A DNA stretch of 64,000 nt, taken from the NCBI GenBank assembly GCA_963847705.1, contig CAWKBC010000027.1, positions 879,288 through 943,287 on the forward strand. Direction: 5' to 3'. The notes beneath the pieces were generated by a model that did no database searches, was not told the DNA's origin, and saw nothing but the letters and a program-made list of their open reading frames with translations. This DNA comes from an uncultured Pseudomonadota bacterium. GTDB lineage: Bacteria; Myxococcota_A; Polyangia; Fen-1088. This document shows positions 1 through 12,015 of this stretch, in pieces. How positions within the stretch are numbered: position 1 is the stretch's first letter; each line of letters opens with the position of its first letter. Both the position numbers and the translations under genes were made by a program.

Positions 1-1335
1 CGCGATGAGCCTCTCCTCTTTGTCGCTGGCGCCGATCACCGCCGCGGCCAGCGCCTCGACGACGATCGGGTTCTTCGGCGCCGGTGCCAGCGTCGTCAGC
101 GCCTCCACCAGGCACTCCCGCGAGGGGCCCCTGGCCGTCAGCACCGCTTGCGCCGTCGGCAGCACCGCCGCCTCACCGAGCGCCACCACCAGCGGCAGGC
201 GCGCCGCGCAGTCGGGCGCGCTCGCCAGATCGCTCACCAGGCGGTTGGCGCCGTCGGGGCCGTCGGCGTCGGTGAAGATCGCCAGCTCTCCGATCGCCGT
301 CGTTCCGTAGTTCTTGGGCGGCGCCGCTTCACTGCCGGGCGTGACCCCGGTGATCACCACCGTCAGGCAGGACGAGGTCACCGGTTTCGGCAACGGCACC
401 CAGTAAGGATCGCGCCAGTGCGCGGCGTCGCCAGCCGGGTCCTCGGGCAGCTCGACGTCGAAGCGCTGTCCGGGCGCCGGCCCGAGCGCGACCTGCAGCC
501 GGTTGACGCGATTCTTCGCCCGGAACGCCTGCAGGCTGGCGCCGTCGCCCGGCAGGATCCGCAGGCCCCGAACGGGGTAGCCGGTGGCGGCGGCGCGCGC
601 GGTCAGGAACTCACCGCGGCCGTCGCCGCCGAGCCCCTCCGCCCAGGAGGTGGCGGGATTGCCATCGTCGAGCTCCAGCGGTGCGGTCAGGCCGCGCGCG
701 TCGCTGCCAGCGCCCCGGGTGGTCGAGGCGGCCACGAAATGGAAGTCGGCGACCGGACGCCCCGCCGGCATGGCCGGATCGCCGCGGTGCCCGATCAACG
801 TCTCGCTTCCCGGCGGCGGCAGCGACGAGACGATGGGCCGGAAGCGCCCGGAGGCGAAGTCGTACGCGCGCGGAAACAGCCGGGGCGGGATTCCGTCGCA
901 GCGGTCGACCCCGGCCGCCGTCTGATACTCGACGACGCGTCCGGGGGTCGCCTCGATCCAGAGGAATGATTCGCCGTCGGCGTCGCGCGCGCCCGTCATG
1001 CCCGACCAGACGATCCGGGTGGACCGCAGGGGACGCCCCGCCACCTCGCCGATCCAGACCTCCTCGGCCGAGGTGCCGCGCACGGGGACGCGCAGCTCGA
1101 CCAGATGATGCCCCTCGACGGTCACCTCGCGAAGCGCCGGCGTCCCGCGCCGCAACGCCGGCGTCTTGAGCGGGAGTCGCGTCACGAGGTCGTCACCGCT
1201 GCGGATCTCGAGCGCGCCGTCCGGCGTGGGGTTCAATCGCAATCCACCGGCGGCCGGCGCCGCCTCCGCTTGGGCCAGAGGCGCGGCCAGGAGAGCGTAG
1301 GAGGCCACCACCGCCAGCGCAGAGAAAACGCGCAT
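1..1335 (-). CDS. Secreted protein (3' end outside window) with a discoidin/glycan-binding-like region followed by helical HEAT-like repeats
   Basis: Manual translation from ATG at 1335: MRVFSALAVVASYALLAAPLAQA signal peptide; LDDGNPATSWAEG...GRGEFL and FRAKNRV motifs; Leu/Ala-rich helical segment at the window edge. Not in the ORF track because it is truncated. Confidence 0.65.
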   Translation of the reverse strand, partial: MRVFSALAVVASYALLAAPLAQAEAAPAAGGLRLNPTPDGALEIRSGDDLVTRLPLKTPALRRGTPALREVTVEGHHLVELRVPVRGTSAEEVWIGEVAGRPLRSTRIVWSGMTGARDADGESFLWIEATPGRVVEYQTAAGVDRCDGIPPRLFPRAYDFASGRFRPIVSSLPPPGSETLIGHRGDPAMPAGRPVADFHFVAASTTRGAGSDARGLTAPLELDDGNPATSWAEGLGGDGRGEFLTARAAATGYPVRGLRILPGDGASLQAFRAKNRVNRLQVALGPAPGQRFDVELPEDPAGDAAHWRDPYWVPLPKPVTSSCLTVVITGVTPGSEAAPPKNYGTTAIGELAIFTDADGPDGANRLVSDLASAPDCAARLPLVVALGEAAVLPTAQAVLTARGPSRECLVEALTTLAPAPKNPIVVEALAAAVIGASDKEERLIA

Positions 1336-1376
1336 GTCTCGGGATAGCACGACATCTGCGTTATATAGAAGCCCCC

Positions 1377-2345
1377 ATGAAGACCGCCCCCGGCGAAAAG
1401 GCCGGCAAAGACTCAACCGCAGACGGCGGCACCCCCAGGGTCGCCGGCACCGGCGTCGCCACTGTCGCCGGCACCGTCGCCATCCTCGGCCGGCCCAACG
1501 TCGGCAAGTCGACGCTGCTCAACCGGATCGTCGGCGAGAAGCTGGCCATCGTCACCCCCAAGCCGCAGACCACCCGCAACCGGATCACCGGCGTCTTCAA
1601 CAGCGCGCGCGGTCAGATTGTCTTCGTCGACACCCCCGGCGTCCACGGCGCCACCAAGCAGCTCAACCGCTTCATGCTCGGCGAGGCGCTGGGGATCATC
1701 CCCGACATCGACGCCGCGCTGCTGATCGTCGACGCGGGGACCGACCGCCCGGGCGACGCCGAGGAGAAGATCCTGCGCGCGCTGGCCGAGGCCCGGCGCC
1801 CGGTCATCCTCGGCATCAACAAGGTCGACACGGTGAAGAACAAGGAGGCGCTCCTGCCGCGCCTGGAACGCTGGAATCAGCAGCCGGGGCTGCGCGCGCT
1901 GGTCCCGATCTCGGCCAGCCGCGGAACCAACGTCGACCGGCTGGTGAACGAGCTCTGGGCGCTCTTGCCAGAAGGACCGCCTCTCTTCGAACCGGAGCAT
2001 CTGACCGATCGCACGGAGCGCTTTCTGGCGGCCGAGCTCATCCGCGAGCAGTTCTTCCTCGCGCTCCGCCAGGAGGTCCCGTACGCCATCGCCATCGTCA
2101 TCGACGAGTGGAACGAGCGGCCGGCCGACGTGGTCATCGCCGCCAGCATCGTGGTCGAGCGCGAAAGCCAGCGGGCGATCGTGCTCGGCAAAGGGGGGAC
2201 GATGATCCGCGACGTCGGGACCCGCGCCCGCGTCGCCATCAGCGAGCTCTTGCAGCGCCCCGCCCACATCAAGCTGACGGTCCGCATCGAGCCCGACTGG
2301 ACCACCTCGCCCGAGGCGATGGCGGAGCTTGGATACCAGAAGTGA
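1377..2345 (+). CDS. era: GTPase Era
   Basis: GRPNVGKS, PQTTR, DTPG, NKVD, C-terminal KH domain with VLGKGG. Confidence 0.95.
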   Translation: MKTAPGEKAGKDSTADGGTPRVAGTGVATVAGTVAILGRPNVGKSTLLNRIVGEKLAIVTPKPQTTRNRITGVFNSARGQIVFVDTPGVHGATKQLNRFMLGEALGIIPDIDAALLIVDAGTDRPGDAEEKILRALAEARRPVILGINKVDTVKNKEALLPRLERWNQQPGLRALVPISASRGTNVDRLVNELWALLPEGPPLFEPEHLTDRTERFLAAELIREQFFLALRQEVPYAIAIVIDEWNERPADVVIAASIVVERESQRAIVLGKGGTMIRDVGTRARVAISELLQRPAHIKLTVRIEPDWTTSPEAMAELGYQK

Positions 2346-3775
2346 GCGACGCCGATCTTCCGCTCGTCGCGCTGGTGGGGCGGCCCAACGTCGGCAAATC
2401 GTCGCTCTACAACCGCCTGGTCGGCGGCCGCCCGGCGCTGGTCGAGGACATCCCCGGCGTGACGCGCGATCGCCGCTACGGCGTCGCCGACTGGGGCCCG
2501 AAGCATTTTCGCGTGGTCGACACCGGCGGCCTCGATCCCTCGGCGGTGGGGATCCTGGGGGCGATGCGGCAGCAGACCTTGCGTGCCCTCGATGAGGCGG
2601 ATCTGGTCGTCTTCGTGGTCGACGCGCGCGAGGGGGTGACCGGCGTCGACAGCGACGTGGCCAAGGTGCTGCGCCAGTCGGGCCGCCCGGTGCTGGTGGC
2701 CGCCAACAAGGTCGACTCCGCGCGCGCCGAGGCGGCCGCCACCGAGGCGTTCGGGCTGGGCTTCCCCGACGTCTTCCCCATCTCGGCCAGTCATGGACGC
2801 GGCGTCAACGATCTGCTCGACATGGTCGTCGCCCGACTGCCCAAGACCGCACGGGTGCCGGGCAAGCCCTCCGAGCAGGCCGACGGCTCGTCGGAGTCGA
2901 CGGAGACGCCGCTGCTCAAGCTGGCCTTCATTGGCAAGCCGAACGTCGGCAAGTCGTCGCTGGTGAACTGTCTGCTCGGCGAGGAGCGGGTGCTGGTCCA
3001 CGATCAGCCCGGCACCACGCGCGATCCCATCGACACGCCGTTCTCGTTCGGCGGGCGCGAGTACCTGCTGGTCGACACCGCCGGGATGCGGCGGCGACGC
3101 TCCATCGACACGCTGACCGAGCACGTGGCGGCCAAGATGGCGCGCGATCAGCTCGATCGCTGCGACGTCGCCGCGCTGGTGATCGACGCGCGCGAGGGGG
3201 CGACGGCCGAGGACGCGCGCCTCGCCAGCCTGATCGAGGACTCCGGCCGCTGCGCGCTGGTGGTGCTCAACAAGAAGGATCTGGTGGGGCGCGCCGCCAT
3301 CGACGCCAAGATCGAATCGACCCGCGAGCAGCTGGCCTTCCTGCGCTACGCGCCGGTCCTGCTCACCTCCGCGGTCACGCGCGCCGGCGTCACCGCCATC
3401 CTGACCGAGGCCGCCAAGGCCTTCGACCAGGCCTCACGCCGCATCTCCACCGGCGAGCTCAACAAGCTGCTGGAGCAGATCGTCGCCCAGCAGCCGCCGC
3501 CGTCGGGGCGGGGAGGGCGCCACGTGAAGCTCTACTACGTCACGCAGGCCTCCGCGCGGCCGCCCACCTTCTTCCTCAGCACCAACCACCCGCCCGAGGT
3601 GGGCTTTCCGTACCGCCGGTTCCTGATCAAACGCCTGCGCGAGGCTTACGGCTTCGAGGGGACCCCCATCCGCCTGGTCCTGCGCGCGCACCGGCAAAAG
3701 AAGACGGCGCCGCCGGGCGCCGTGGCGGCCGCGGCTAGAAGACCCACCCGAAGCGCGCAGTCGCGGAGAAAGTGA
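2342..3775 (+). CDS. der: Ribosome biogenesis GTPase Der (EngA)
   Basis: Two GTPase domains (GRPNVGKS, GKPNVGKS), C-terminal FEGTPIRL; GTG at 2342 overlaps the era stop (GTGA). Confidence 0.95.
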   Translation: MSDADLPLVALVGRPNVGKSSLYNRLVGGRPALVEDIPGVTRDRRYGVADWGPKHFRVVDTGGLDPSAVGILGAMRQQTLRALDEADLVVFVVDAREGVTGVDSDVAKVLRQSGRPVLVAANKVDSARAEAAATEAFGLGFPDVFPISASHGRGVNDLLDMVVARLPKTARVPGKPSEQADGSSESTETPLLKLAFIGKPNVGKSSLVNCLLGEERVLVHDQPGTTRDPIDTPFSFGGREYLLVDTAGMRRRRSIDTLTEHVAAKMARDQLDRCDVAALVIDAREGATAEDARLASLIEDSGRCALVVLNKKDLVGRAAIDAKIESTREQLAFLRYAPVLLTSAVTRAGVTAILTEAAKAFDQASRRISTGELNKLLEQIVAQQPPPSGRGGRHVKLYYVTQASARPPTFFLSTNHPPEVGFPYRRFLIKRLREAYGFEGTPIRLVLRAHRQKKTAPPGAVAAAARRPTRSAQSRRK

Positions 3776-4301
3776 ACGGCGAGTTTCCCAGCCCTTCCGG
3801 GTTCTGAAACAGATCCTGCGGGCGATAGAGGTACTGGAAGCTGAGGCCCGCCCGCAGCTGCCGGGTCAGATAGTAGTCGCCGCCGAGACCCAGCTCTGAG
3901 GCGAACATCGTCACCGGGGCCGCCAGGGGACCGCCGATCTCCGCGACGCCGAACTGGAGGGTGGCATACGGCACCAGGCGCAGGACGTCGATGGTGTACG
4001 TGACCCCCACCAGCGCCGCCTCCATGTGCTCGCTGCCGGCGGCGGTGCCGGCCTGCTTGTCCGCCGAGAGGGAGCGGGTCGACCCTTCGAGGGAACCGCG
4101 CAGGGCCCAGGCGTCGGTGAGCCCGTACTCGACGTCGGCGCCGCCGGCCACGCCCCAGGGGTCGCTCCCCACGTTCACCACCCCGATCCCGGCGCGCAGC
4201 GACAGCTGCCACTCGTTCGCCCCCGCGGCGCTGACCGGCGCCGCCCAAGACAGCAAGACCACCGAGACCCAGACCGCCACCAGGGCAACCGCCGGCTTCA
4301 C
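3735..4301 (-). CDS. Small outer-membrane beta-barrel protein
   Basis: Signal peptide, alternating beta-strand pattern, C-terminal ARFGWVF ending in Phe (beta-signal). Confidence 0.75.
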   Translation of the reverse strand: MKPAVALVAVWVSVVLLSWAAPVSAAGANEWQLSLRAGIGVVNVGSDPWGVAGGADVEYGLTDAWALRGSLEGSTRSLSADKQAGTAAGSEHMEAALVGVTYTIDVLRLVPYATLQFGVAEIGGPLAAPVTMFASELGLGGDYYLTRQLRAGLSFQYLYRPQDLFQNPEGLGNSPFTFSATARFGWVF

Positions 4302-4426
4302 GCCCGACGAATATACATGCGATGTCGCAAAGTGGTCGGGCCTGGCTGGCTGCCGCCTGCGTCTCTCTTGCTTCCTTGGTCCGACCCATTTGACCGGCCG
4401 AGGAGGCTCTGTTATCTCCCCCGGCA

Positions 4427-5179
4427 GTGCCCAAGAGAAAGATCAGCCCGAAGGAGCTCAAGCGTCCCGACCAGTTCGTGGACTTTTGGTCGCGCACGTC
4501 CGCAGCCGTGGGCAACTACATGTCCTCGCACATGCGGGCGCTGGTCGTCTCCCTGACGGCGCTGACCACGGTCATCGCCGGCTCGGTGGCGCTCAGCCAG
4601 GTTTCGGAGCGGCGGTCGATCAAGGCCGCCGAGGCGCTGGATCGGGTGCAGCGAATGGCCAGCGCCGAGATCGCGACGCCGGGCGCAACCCCGCCCGCGG
4701 ATGACGGAATCCCCCACCTGGCGACCGAGAAGGAGCAGCTCGAGGCGGCGCTCAAGGAGCTGGACGGGTCGTTTTCCGGACCTCACGGCACACTGCACGC
4801 CGAGGCGATGCTGGTGCGCGGCAGCCTGCTCCTGAACCTCGATCGCGCGGCCGAGGCGGTCACCAACTACCAGACGTTGCTGGCGGACAACCTGGATCGC
4901 CGGCTGCACTTCCTGGCCGAAGAGGGGCTCGGCTACGGCTACGAGCGCCTCGGGAAGCTCGATGACGCCCAGGCCGCCTTCGTGAAGCTGGGGAGCGATG
5001 CCGGCGGCATGGAGGGGTTCTACAAGGACCGTGCGCTGTTTCACCAGGCCCGCATTGCGGAGCTTCGAAGCAACCCGGCGGACGCGACGCGGATCTATCA
5101 CGAGGTGCTGGATAAGAACCCCACCACCTCGTTGCGCGAGGAGATCACCAATCGCCTCGCCTCGCTCGAGATGAAGTGA
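4427..5179 (+). CDS. YfgM-like membrane-anchored TPR protein
   Basis: KELKRPDQF N-terminus, single TM helix, TPR-like helices, directly upstream of a bamB-like gene. Confidence 0.75.
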   Translation: MPKRKISPKELKRPDQFVDFWSRTSAAVGNYMSSHMRALVVSLTALTTVIAGSVALSQVSERRSIKAAEALDRVQRMASAEIATPGATPPADDGIPHLATEKEQLEAALKELDGSFSGPHGTLHAEAMLVRGSLLLNLDRAAEAVTNYQTLLADNLDRRLHFLAEEGLGYGYERLGKLDDAQAAFVKLGSDAGGMEGFYKDRALFHQARIAELRSNPADATRIYHEVLDKNPTTSLREEITNRLASLEMK

Positions 5180-6576
5180 CCTGTTTCGTTGGAAGCGGGG
5201 ACCCTGAGAGGGTCCCCGTGCCCCCCCGCGAAGGACTGCGCCGCGCAAAGCCCGGCTCCGTCCACTTCGTTGGAAGCGGGGACCCTGAGAGGGTCCCCGT
5301 GGCCCCCCGCGAAGGACTGCGCCGCGCAAAGCCCGGCTCCGTCCACTTCGTTGGAAGCGGGGACCCTGAGAGGGTCCCCGTGCCCCCCCGCGAAGGACTG
5401 CGCCGCGCAAAGCCCGGCTCCGTCCACGCGATCGCTCTCACTTTCGCTCTCACTTTCGCGCTGGCCGCCGTGGCGTCTGGCTGCGCCGCGATGACGGCCC
5501 GTCCCGTGGATGGGGCAGAGGCGCCCCCGCATCCGGCCGGCGTGCTGCAGATGGTCTGGCGGACCACGCTGCACGAGCACGGCCTGTTCGAGCCGGCGCC
5601 CGAGGAGTGCGCGACCGGCGCGCTCGCCAACGGACACCTGGTGATCGGCTCGCGCGACTCGAGCGTGGTGGGGGTCGCCCCCGACACCGGCCACATCGAC
5701 TGGGTCAAAGGTGTCACGGGCGGCGTCGACAGCACGGCTCGCTTCGACCGCGCGCACGGGCAGGTCTACGTCGGCGCTGACGACGGTACGTTCTACGCCT
5801 TCGACCCCGCGTCCGGCGCCATCCGCTGGACCTATCACGGCAAGGGGGCCTTCGAGCGCCCGCCGGAGCTGGGCGCCGATCTGGTCTACGCGGCCAGCGC
5901 CACCGATCGCGTGGTCGCGCTCGATCCAGCAACCGGGAAGTGGCGCTGGCAGTACGAGCGCGAGATGCCAGAGGGGTTCACCATCCACGGCTACGCCGGG
6001 CCCCGCCTGCACGGCAACGACCTCCTGGCCGGCTTTGCCGACGGCTACTTCGTCGCGCTGGGCGCTGCCAACGGCGAGGTCCTCTGGGCGCGCTCGCTGG
6101 CCACCGCCTCCGAGCAGTTCGTCGACGTCGACACCACGCCCGCGCTCCTGGGCGATCTCGCCTACGTGTCCTCCTACTCGGGTGGCCTCTGCGCCGTCGA
6201 TCTGCACGACGGCGCCATCAAGTGGCGCCTCCCGGTGGAGGGGGTGGGCGACGTGAGCGCCGTCGACGGGCGCCTCTTCTTCGTGGCGCCCCGGCAGGGG
6301 CTACACGCCGCCGATCTCGACGGACACGTCATCTGGCGCCAGGGGCTGACCGAGGCAGGCGATCTGACCCAACCGGTGGTCGTCGGGCGCTACCTGATCT
6401 TCTCGGGCAGCCGCGCCGGCCTCTTCATCGTCGATCGAACGACGGGCACGCTCCTCGAGCTCTTCAACCCGGGCCACGGCGTCTGCGCCGCCCCGACCCT
6501 CGACGACAAGCGCCAGCGCCTCTACGTCCTCTCCAACAGCGGTTCCCTCTACGCCCTCGACCTATCCGCCTCCTGA
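5176..6576 (+). CDS. BamB-like PQQ beta-propeller lipoprotein (start either GTG 5176 or GTG 5380)
   Basis: Lipobox VASGC, repeated A.D..TG...W propeller motifs, synteny with yfgM and der. Confidence 0.85.
   Translation: MTCFVGSGDPERVPVPPREGLRRAKPGSVHFVGSGDPERVPVAPREGLRRAKPGSVHFVGSGDPERVPVPPREGLRRAKPGSVHAIALTFALTFALAAVASGCAAMTARPVDGAEAPPHPAGVLQMVWRTTLHEHGLFEPAPEECATGALANGHLVIGSRDSSVVGVAPDTGHIDWVKGVTGGVDSTARFDRAHGQVYVGADDGTFYAFDPASGAIRWTYHGKGAFERPPELGADLVYAASATDRVVALDPATGKWRWQYEREMPEGFTIHGYAGPRLHGNDLLAGFADGYFVALGAANGEVLWARSLATASEQFVDVDTTPALLGDLAYVSSYSGGLCAVDLHDGAIKWRLPVEGVGDVSAVDGRLFFVAPRQGLHAADLDGHVIWRQGLTEAGDLTQPVVVGRYLIFSGSRAGLFIVDRTTGTLLELFNPGHGVCAAPTLDDKRQRLYVLSNSGSLYALDLSAS
5185..5427. 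repeat. 3 x 81-bp tandem array of the two-hairpin element
   Basis: Units start at 5185, 5266 and 5347 and are near identical; contain GGGGACCCT-GAG-AGGGTCCCC. Confidence 0.95.
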
Positions 6577-6622
6577 GCGGCCGCCGTGGCGGAGCCGACG
6601 CTCGCCTCGCGCGCGGAGTGGG

Positions 6623-7273
6623 CTAAGCGAAGCGGGCGTGGGCGCCCTGGGCTTCGATGCGGCGCACGAGCTCTTTGATCCGCCGGTTGCCCCCGGCGTC
6701 GCGCGCTTTCCATTCGACGCCGAAGCCGTTCTGGCCGCCCGGATGTCCCTTCCAGCAGACGCGCGCGGAGAGCGGCATCGCCACCTCGGCGCCCGGCGGC
6801 GACACCATCAGGACCACGTCGAGGGCGGAGGGGAGCGCCTCTTCGGTCTTCACGAACGCTCCGCCGCGCCCGATGTCTCGCAGGACGCCGGCCTTGTCCT
6901 CCAGCACACCCGCCACCTGCCACATCACAGGGAGCTCGACAGGGAGGCGTTGGTGGCGCCGCGCGACCATCTCTTCGGAGTCGCCGCGCGCGACCCCCAG
7001 CAGGTAGTCGCGGGCCTGCGCCTCGGTCTCCAGAAATTCGATGCCGATCCCGGCCTTGATCTTGGTGCTGTGCTTCCCCGGGCGCCGCCAGACCACGCGG
7101 CCGCGAATCAGGGTGGGGCTCCGGCGCCGTCCCAGCCGGATGGCCACCGCCACCGTTTCGCCGATCGCCAGCAGCCGACGTGTCGGGAAAAAGACGCCAC
7201 CATGCTCGAGCTCGGGGAGAAACCGCGCCAGAAACGCGGCCCCGGTCGGAAAGTGCGCCTTGAGGATGGTCAT
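6623..7273 (-). CDS. Tandem PilZ-type (TIGR02266-like) domain protein
   Basis: HGGVFFPT...GRVVW...GIGIEF domain, then RRHQRLPV (RxxxR) and DIGRGG; ATG at 7273. Confidence 0.8.
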   Translation of the reverse strand: MTILKAHFPTGAAFLARFLPELEHGGVFFPTRRLLAIGETVAVAIRLGRRRSPTLIRGRVVWRRPGKHSTKIKAGIGIEFLETEAQARDYLLGVARGDSEEMVARRHQRLPVELPVMWQVAGVLEDKAGVLRDIGRGGAFVKTEEALPSALDVVLMVSPPGAEVAMPLSARVCWKGHPGGQNGFGVEWKARDAGGNRRIKELVRRIEAQGAHARFA

Positions 7274-7345
7274 GTGGGGAATTGAAGGTTCTATCGTATT
7301 ACGAAGAAGAGAAGTTTTGTAAAGTGCATTGCAGAGACGCGCTGC

Positions 7346-10274
<2,929 letters not shown>

Positions 10275-10285
10275 AAGGTTATTGT

Positions 10286-10359
10286 ATCGCGTCGAGCGTA
10301 GCGCGGCTCCCCCGCGCGGAGCTCATCGCGGGGGGTGTGGGACCCTCCCAGGGTCCCAC
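10286..10359 (+). repeat. Two-hairpin dispersed element between convergent genes
   Basis: ATCGCG-TC-GAGC...GCTC-AT-CGCG-GGGGGT-GTGGGACCCT-CCC-AGGGTCCCAC. Confidence 0.85.
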
Positions 10360-10874
10360 TACTGATCGAGGCCGCGGTTGCGCTTGATCTGATCCAGGAC
10401 CTTGCCGTACTCGACCTCCCAGGTGGAGGTTCCTTCTTCAAGGTTCTTGATCCGGCGCCGCACTTCTTCGTCCAGCTCTTCGTCGACCTGCATGTGCTTC
10501 TTGAGGATGTCGCTCATCCGCTTTCGCAGGACGGTGTCCTCGACGTAAATCTCCTCGACGTGGGGGGACTGCATGAACGACTCGATCATCTGCGTCGTCA
10601 TCCACTCGAGCCCGTCCTCACCCAGCCCGAAGGCCTTCTCGCCGGCCAGCGTGCGCTTGATCTTCCCGAATTGCTCGTAGGGGAGGTTCTTCTTCTGCAA
10701 GAGGTCCTTGGCCTTCTCCGTGATCTCGCGATCGAGACGCACGTATTCCTTGAGGACTGCTTGGACGTCCATCTCGGCCTCGCCACGGTCGGTGACTTCG
10801 ATGTCCCCCGCCTCGGCCAAGCTCTTGACGATCTCCGTCCCGATGAGGGGAATCTTTCCGCTGTAAAGCCGCAT
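10359..10874 (-). CDS. DUF507 family protein
   Basis: MRLYSGKI start, VEEIYVED.VLR, EGTSTWEVEY; typical of deltaproteobacterial DUF507. Confidence 0.75.
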   Translation of the reverse strand: MRLYSGKIPLIGTEIVKSLAEAGDIEVTDRGEAEMDVQAVLKEYVRLDREITEKAKDLLQKKNLPYEQFGKIKRTLAGEKAFGLGEDGLEWMTTQMIESFMQSPHVEEIYVEDTVLRKRMSDILKKHMQVDEELDEEVRRRIKNLEEGTSTWEVEYGKVLDQIKRNRGLDQ

Positions 10875-10955
10875 CTTCTAAGCGCCTTATAGGGGTGCCA
10901 TCGAGGACAGTCAAGGTTCGCGACCCGATGAAATCGTGTCAAACTCGCCGGCGGC

Positions 10956-11666
10956 GTGTTCCTTCCGCTCCGTGACGACAATCCGCGCACACGATTTCCC
11001 GCGGCGACCCTCTTGCTGATCGCGGCAAACGTGGTCGCTTTTCTCTTCGAGCTGTCCCTGAGCGCACGCGGGCAGAAGCTGCTCACCCTGGAGGCGGGGG
11101 CGATCCCGTTCGAGATCGTCCACCACGTCGACATCCACCCGCAGAACCTGCTGCCGCTCCCCGGTTCGATCTGGACGTCGATGTTCCTGCACGGCGGCTG
11201 GATGCACCTCATCGGCAACATGTGGTTCCTCTGGGTCTTCGGCGACAACGTCGAGGAAGCGATGGGGTCGATCCGTTACCTCTTCTTCTATTTCCTGGTG
11301 GGGACGGTGGGCGCGCTGGCGCAGTGCTACAGCATGCCCAACTCGACCGAGCCGATGATCGGGGCCTCGGGCGCCATCGCCGGCGTGCTCGGCGGCTATC
11401 TGATGCTCTACCCAAGGGCGCGCATCGCGACGCTGGTGATGATCCCCTTCCTCTGGCCGGTCGTGCCGGTGCCGGCCTGGATCTTCCTCAGCGGCTGGTT
11501 CCTCGTGCAGTTCGCGGTGCCGAGCGGCTCGGGCATCGCCTGGATGGCGCACGTGGGCGGTTTCCTGGCCGGCCTCGGGACGGTGCGGTTGCTCGCCCGC
11601 ACCCGCCGCGGCCCCCCCACCGCACCAGTCGAGTACATTCCACCTCCGCGCCGCGCCTCCTGGTGA
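10956..11666 (+). CDS. Rhomboid intramembrane serine protease
   Basis: SMFLHGGWMHLIGNM, GASG (catalytic Ser), AHVGG (catalytic His). Confidence 0.95.
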   Translation: MFLPLRDDNPRTRFPAATLLLIAANVVAFLFELSLSARGQKLLTLEAGAIPFEIVHHVDIHPQNLLPLPGSIWTSMFLHGGWMHLIGNMWFLWVFGDNVEEAMGSIRYLFFYFLVGTVGALAQCYSMPNSTEPMIGASGAIAGVLGGYLMLYPRARIATLVMIPFLWPVVPVPAWIFLSGWFLVQFAVPSGSGIAWMAHVGGFLAGLGTVRLLARTRRGPPTAPVEYIPPPRRASW

Positions 11667-11695
11667 CCCCTCGCCACACGGACGCGACTCCGTGC

Positions 11696-11723
11696 TTGAC
11701 AGCGACGCCCCTACGCGCAAAAT
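11696..11723 (+). promoter_or_regulatory. Putative sigma70 promoter for the tRNA
   Basis: TTGACA, 16-nt spacer, CAAAAT, then a GC-rich discriminator. Confidence 0.45.
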
Positions 11724-11761
11724 CGCGCCCCGAAAGAAACTCACGTTGGGTTCCGGAATAG

Positions 11762-11836
11762 ATCGCGTCGGGGGAGAGACGGCTTTGCCGGCTCGAGCCC
11801 ATCGCGGGAGGTTCGGAACCCTTTGAGGGTTCCGAG
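11762..11836 (+). repeat. Two-hairpin element upstream of the tRNA
   Basis: ATCGCG...CGGC-TTT-GCCG...CGCG-GGAGG-TTCGGAACCCT-TTG-AGGGTTCCGAG. Confidence 0.85.
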
Positions 11837-11844
11837 TAGAAATT

Positions 11845-11918
11845 GGCGGATTAGCTCAGCTGGTTAGAGCAGGCGTTTCATACGCGCCGGGTCCGGGGTT
11901 CGAGTCCCTGATCCGCCA
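11845..11918 (+). tRNA. tRNA-Met (CAT), elongator type; CCA not encoded
   Basis: Acceptor GGCGGAT/ATCCGCC, D-arm TAGCTCAGCTGGTTAGAGC, anticodon loop TTCATAC, T-arm GGTTCGAGT; paired 1-72 and no GGG/CCC anticodon stem, so not initiator. Confidence 0.93.
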
Positions 11919-11935
11919 CGACAAGAGGAAAAATA

Positions 11936-12008
11936 ATCGCGTGGGGGGAGGGACGGCTTCGCCGGCCCGAGCCCGTCGCGGGGGGAGCGGGACCCTCTCA
12001 GGGTCCCG
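11936..12008 (+). repeat. Two-hairpin element downstream of the tRNA
   Basis: ATCGCG...GA-GGGACGGC-TTC-GCCGGCCC-GA...CGCG-GGGGGAG-CGGGACCCT-CTC-AGGGTCCCG. Confidence 0.85.
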
Positions 12009-12015
12009 AACAAAA

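Noticed and set aside
1334-2341. 813-aa Der with a long N-terminal extension
   Set aside because: The upstream part is an off-frame reading of era; Der motifs begin at GTG 2342.
5185-5427. CRISPR array
   Set aside because: Units are contiguous and near identical with no unique spacers, and no cas genes are present. The same applies to 45023-45260.
10956-11666. Rhomboid as the sortase for the MYXO-CTERM protein
   Set aside because: It is 28 kb away and a generic rhomboid. Rhombosortases are associated with GlyGly-CTERM, and nothing in the sequence links the two.
11845-11918. tRNA as an integration site for an island
   Set aside because: No integrase and no duplicated tRNA 3' end seen; the flanks are housekeeping genes.
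11941-12015. Repeat-derived N-terminal extension of the cupin
   Set aside because: The frame is open, but a suitable ATG exists at 12016 right before the conserved VDKPWG, so the extension is not required.
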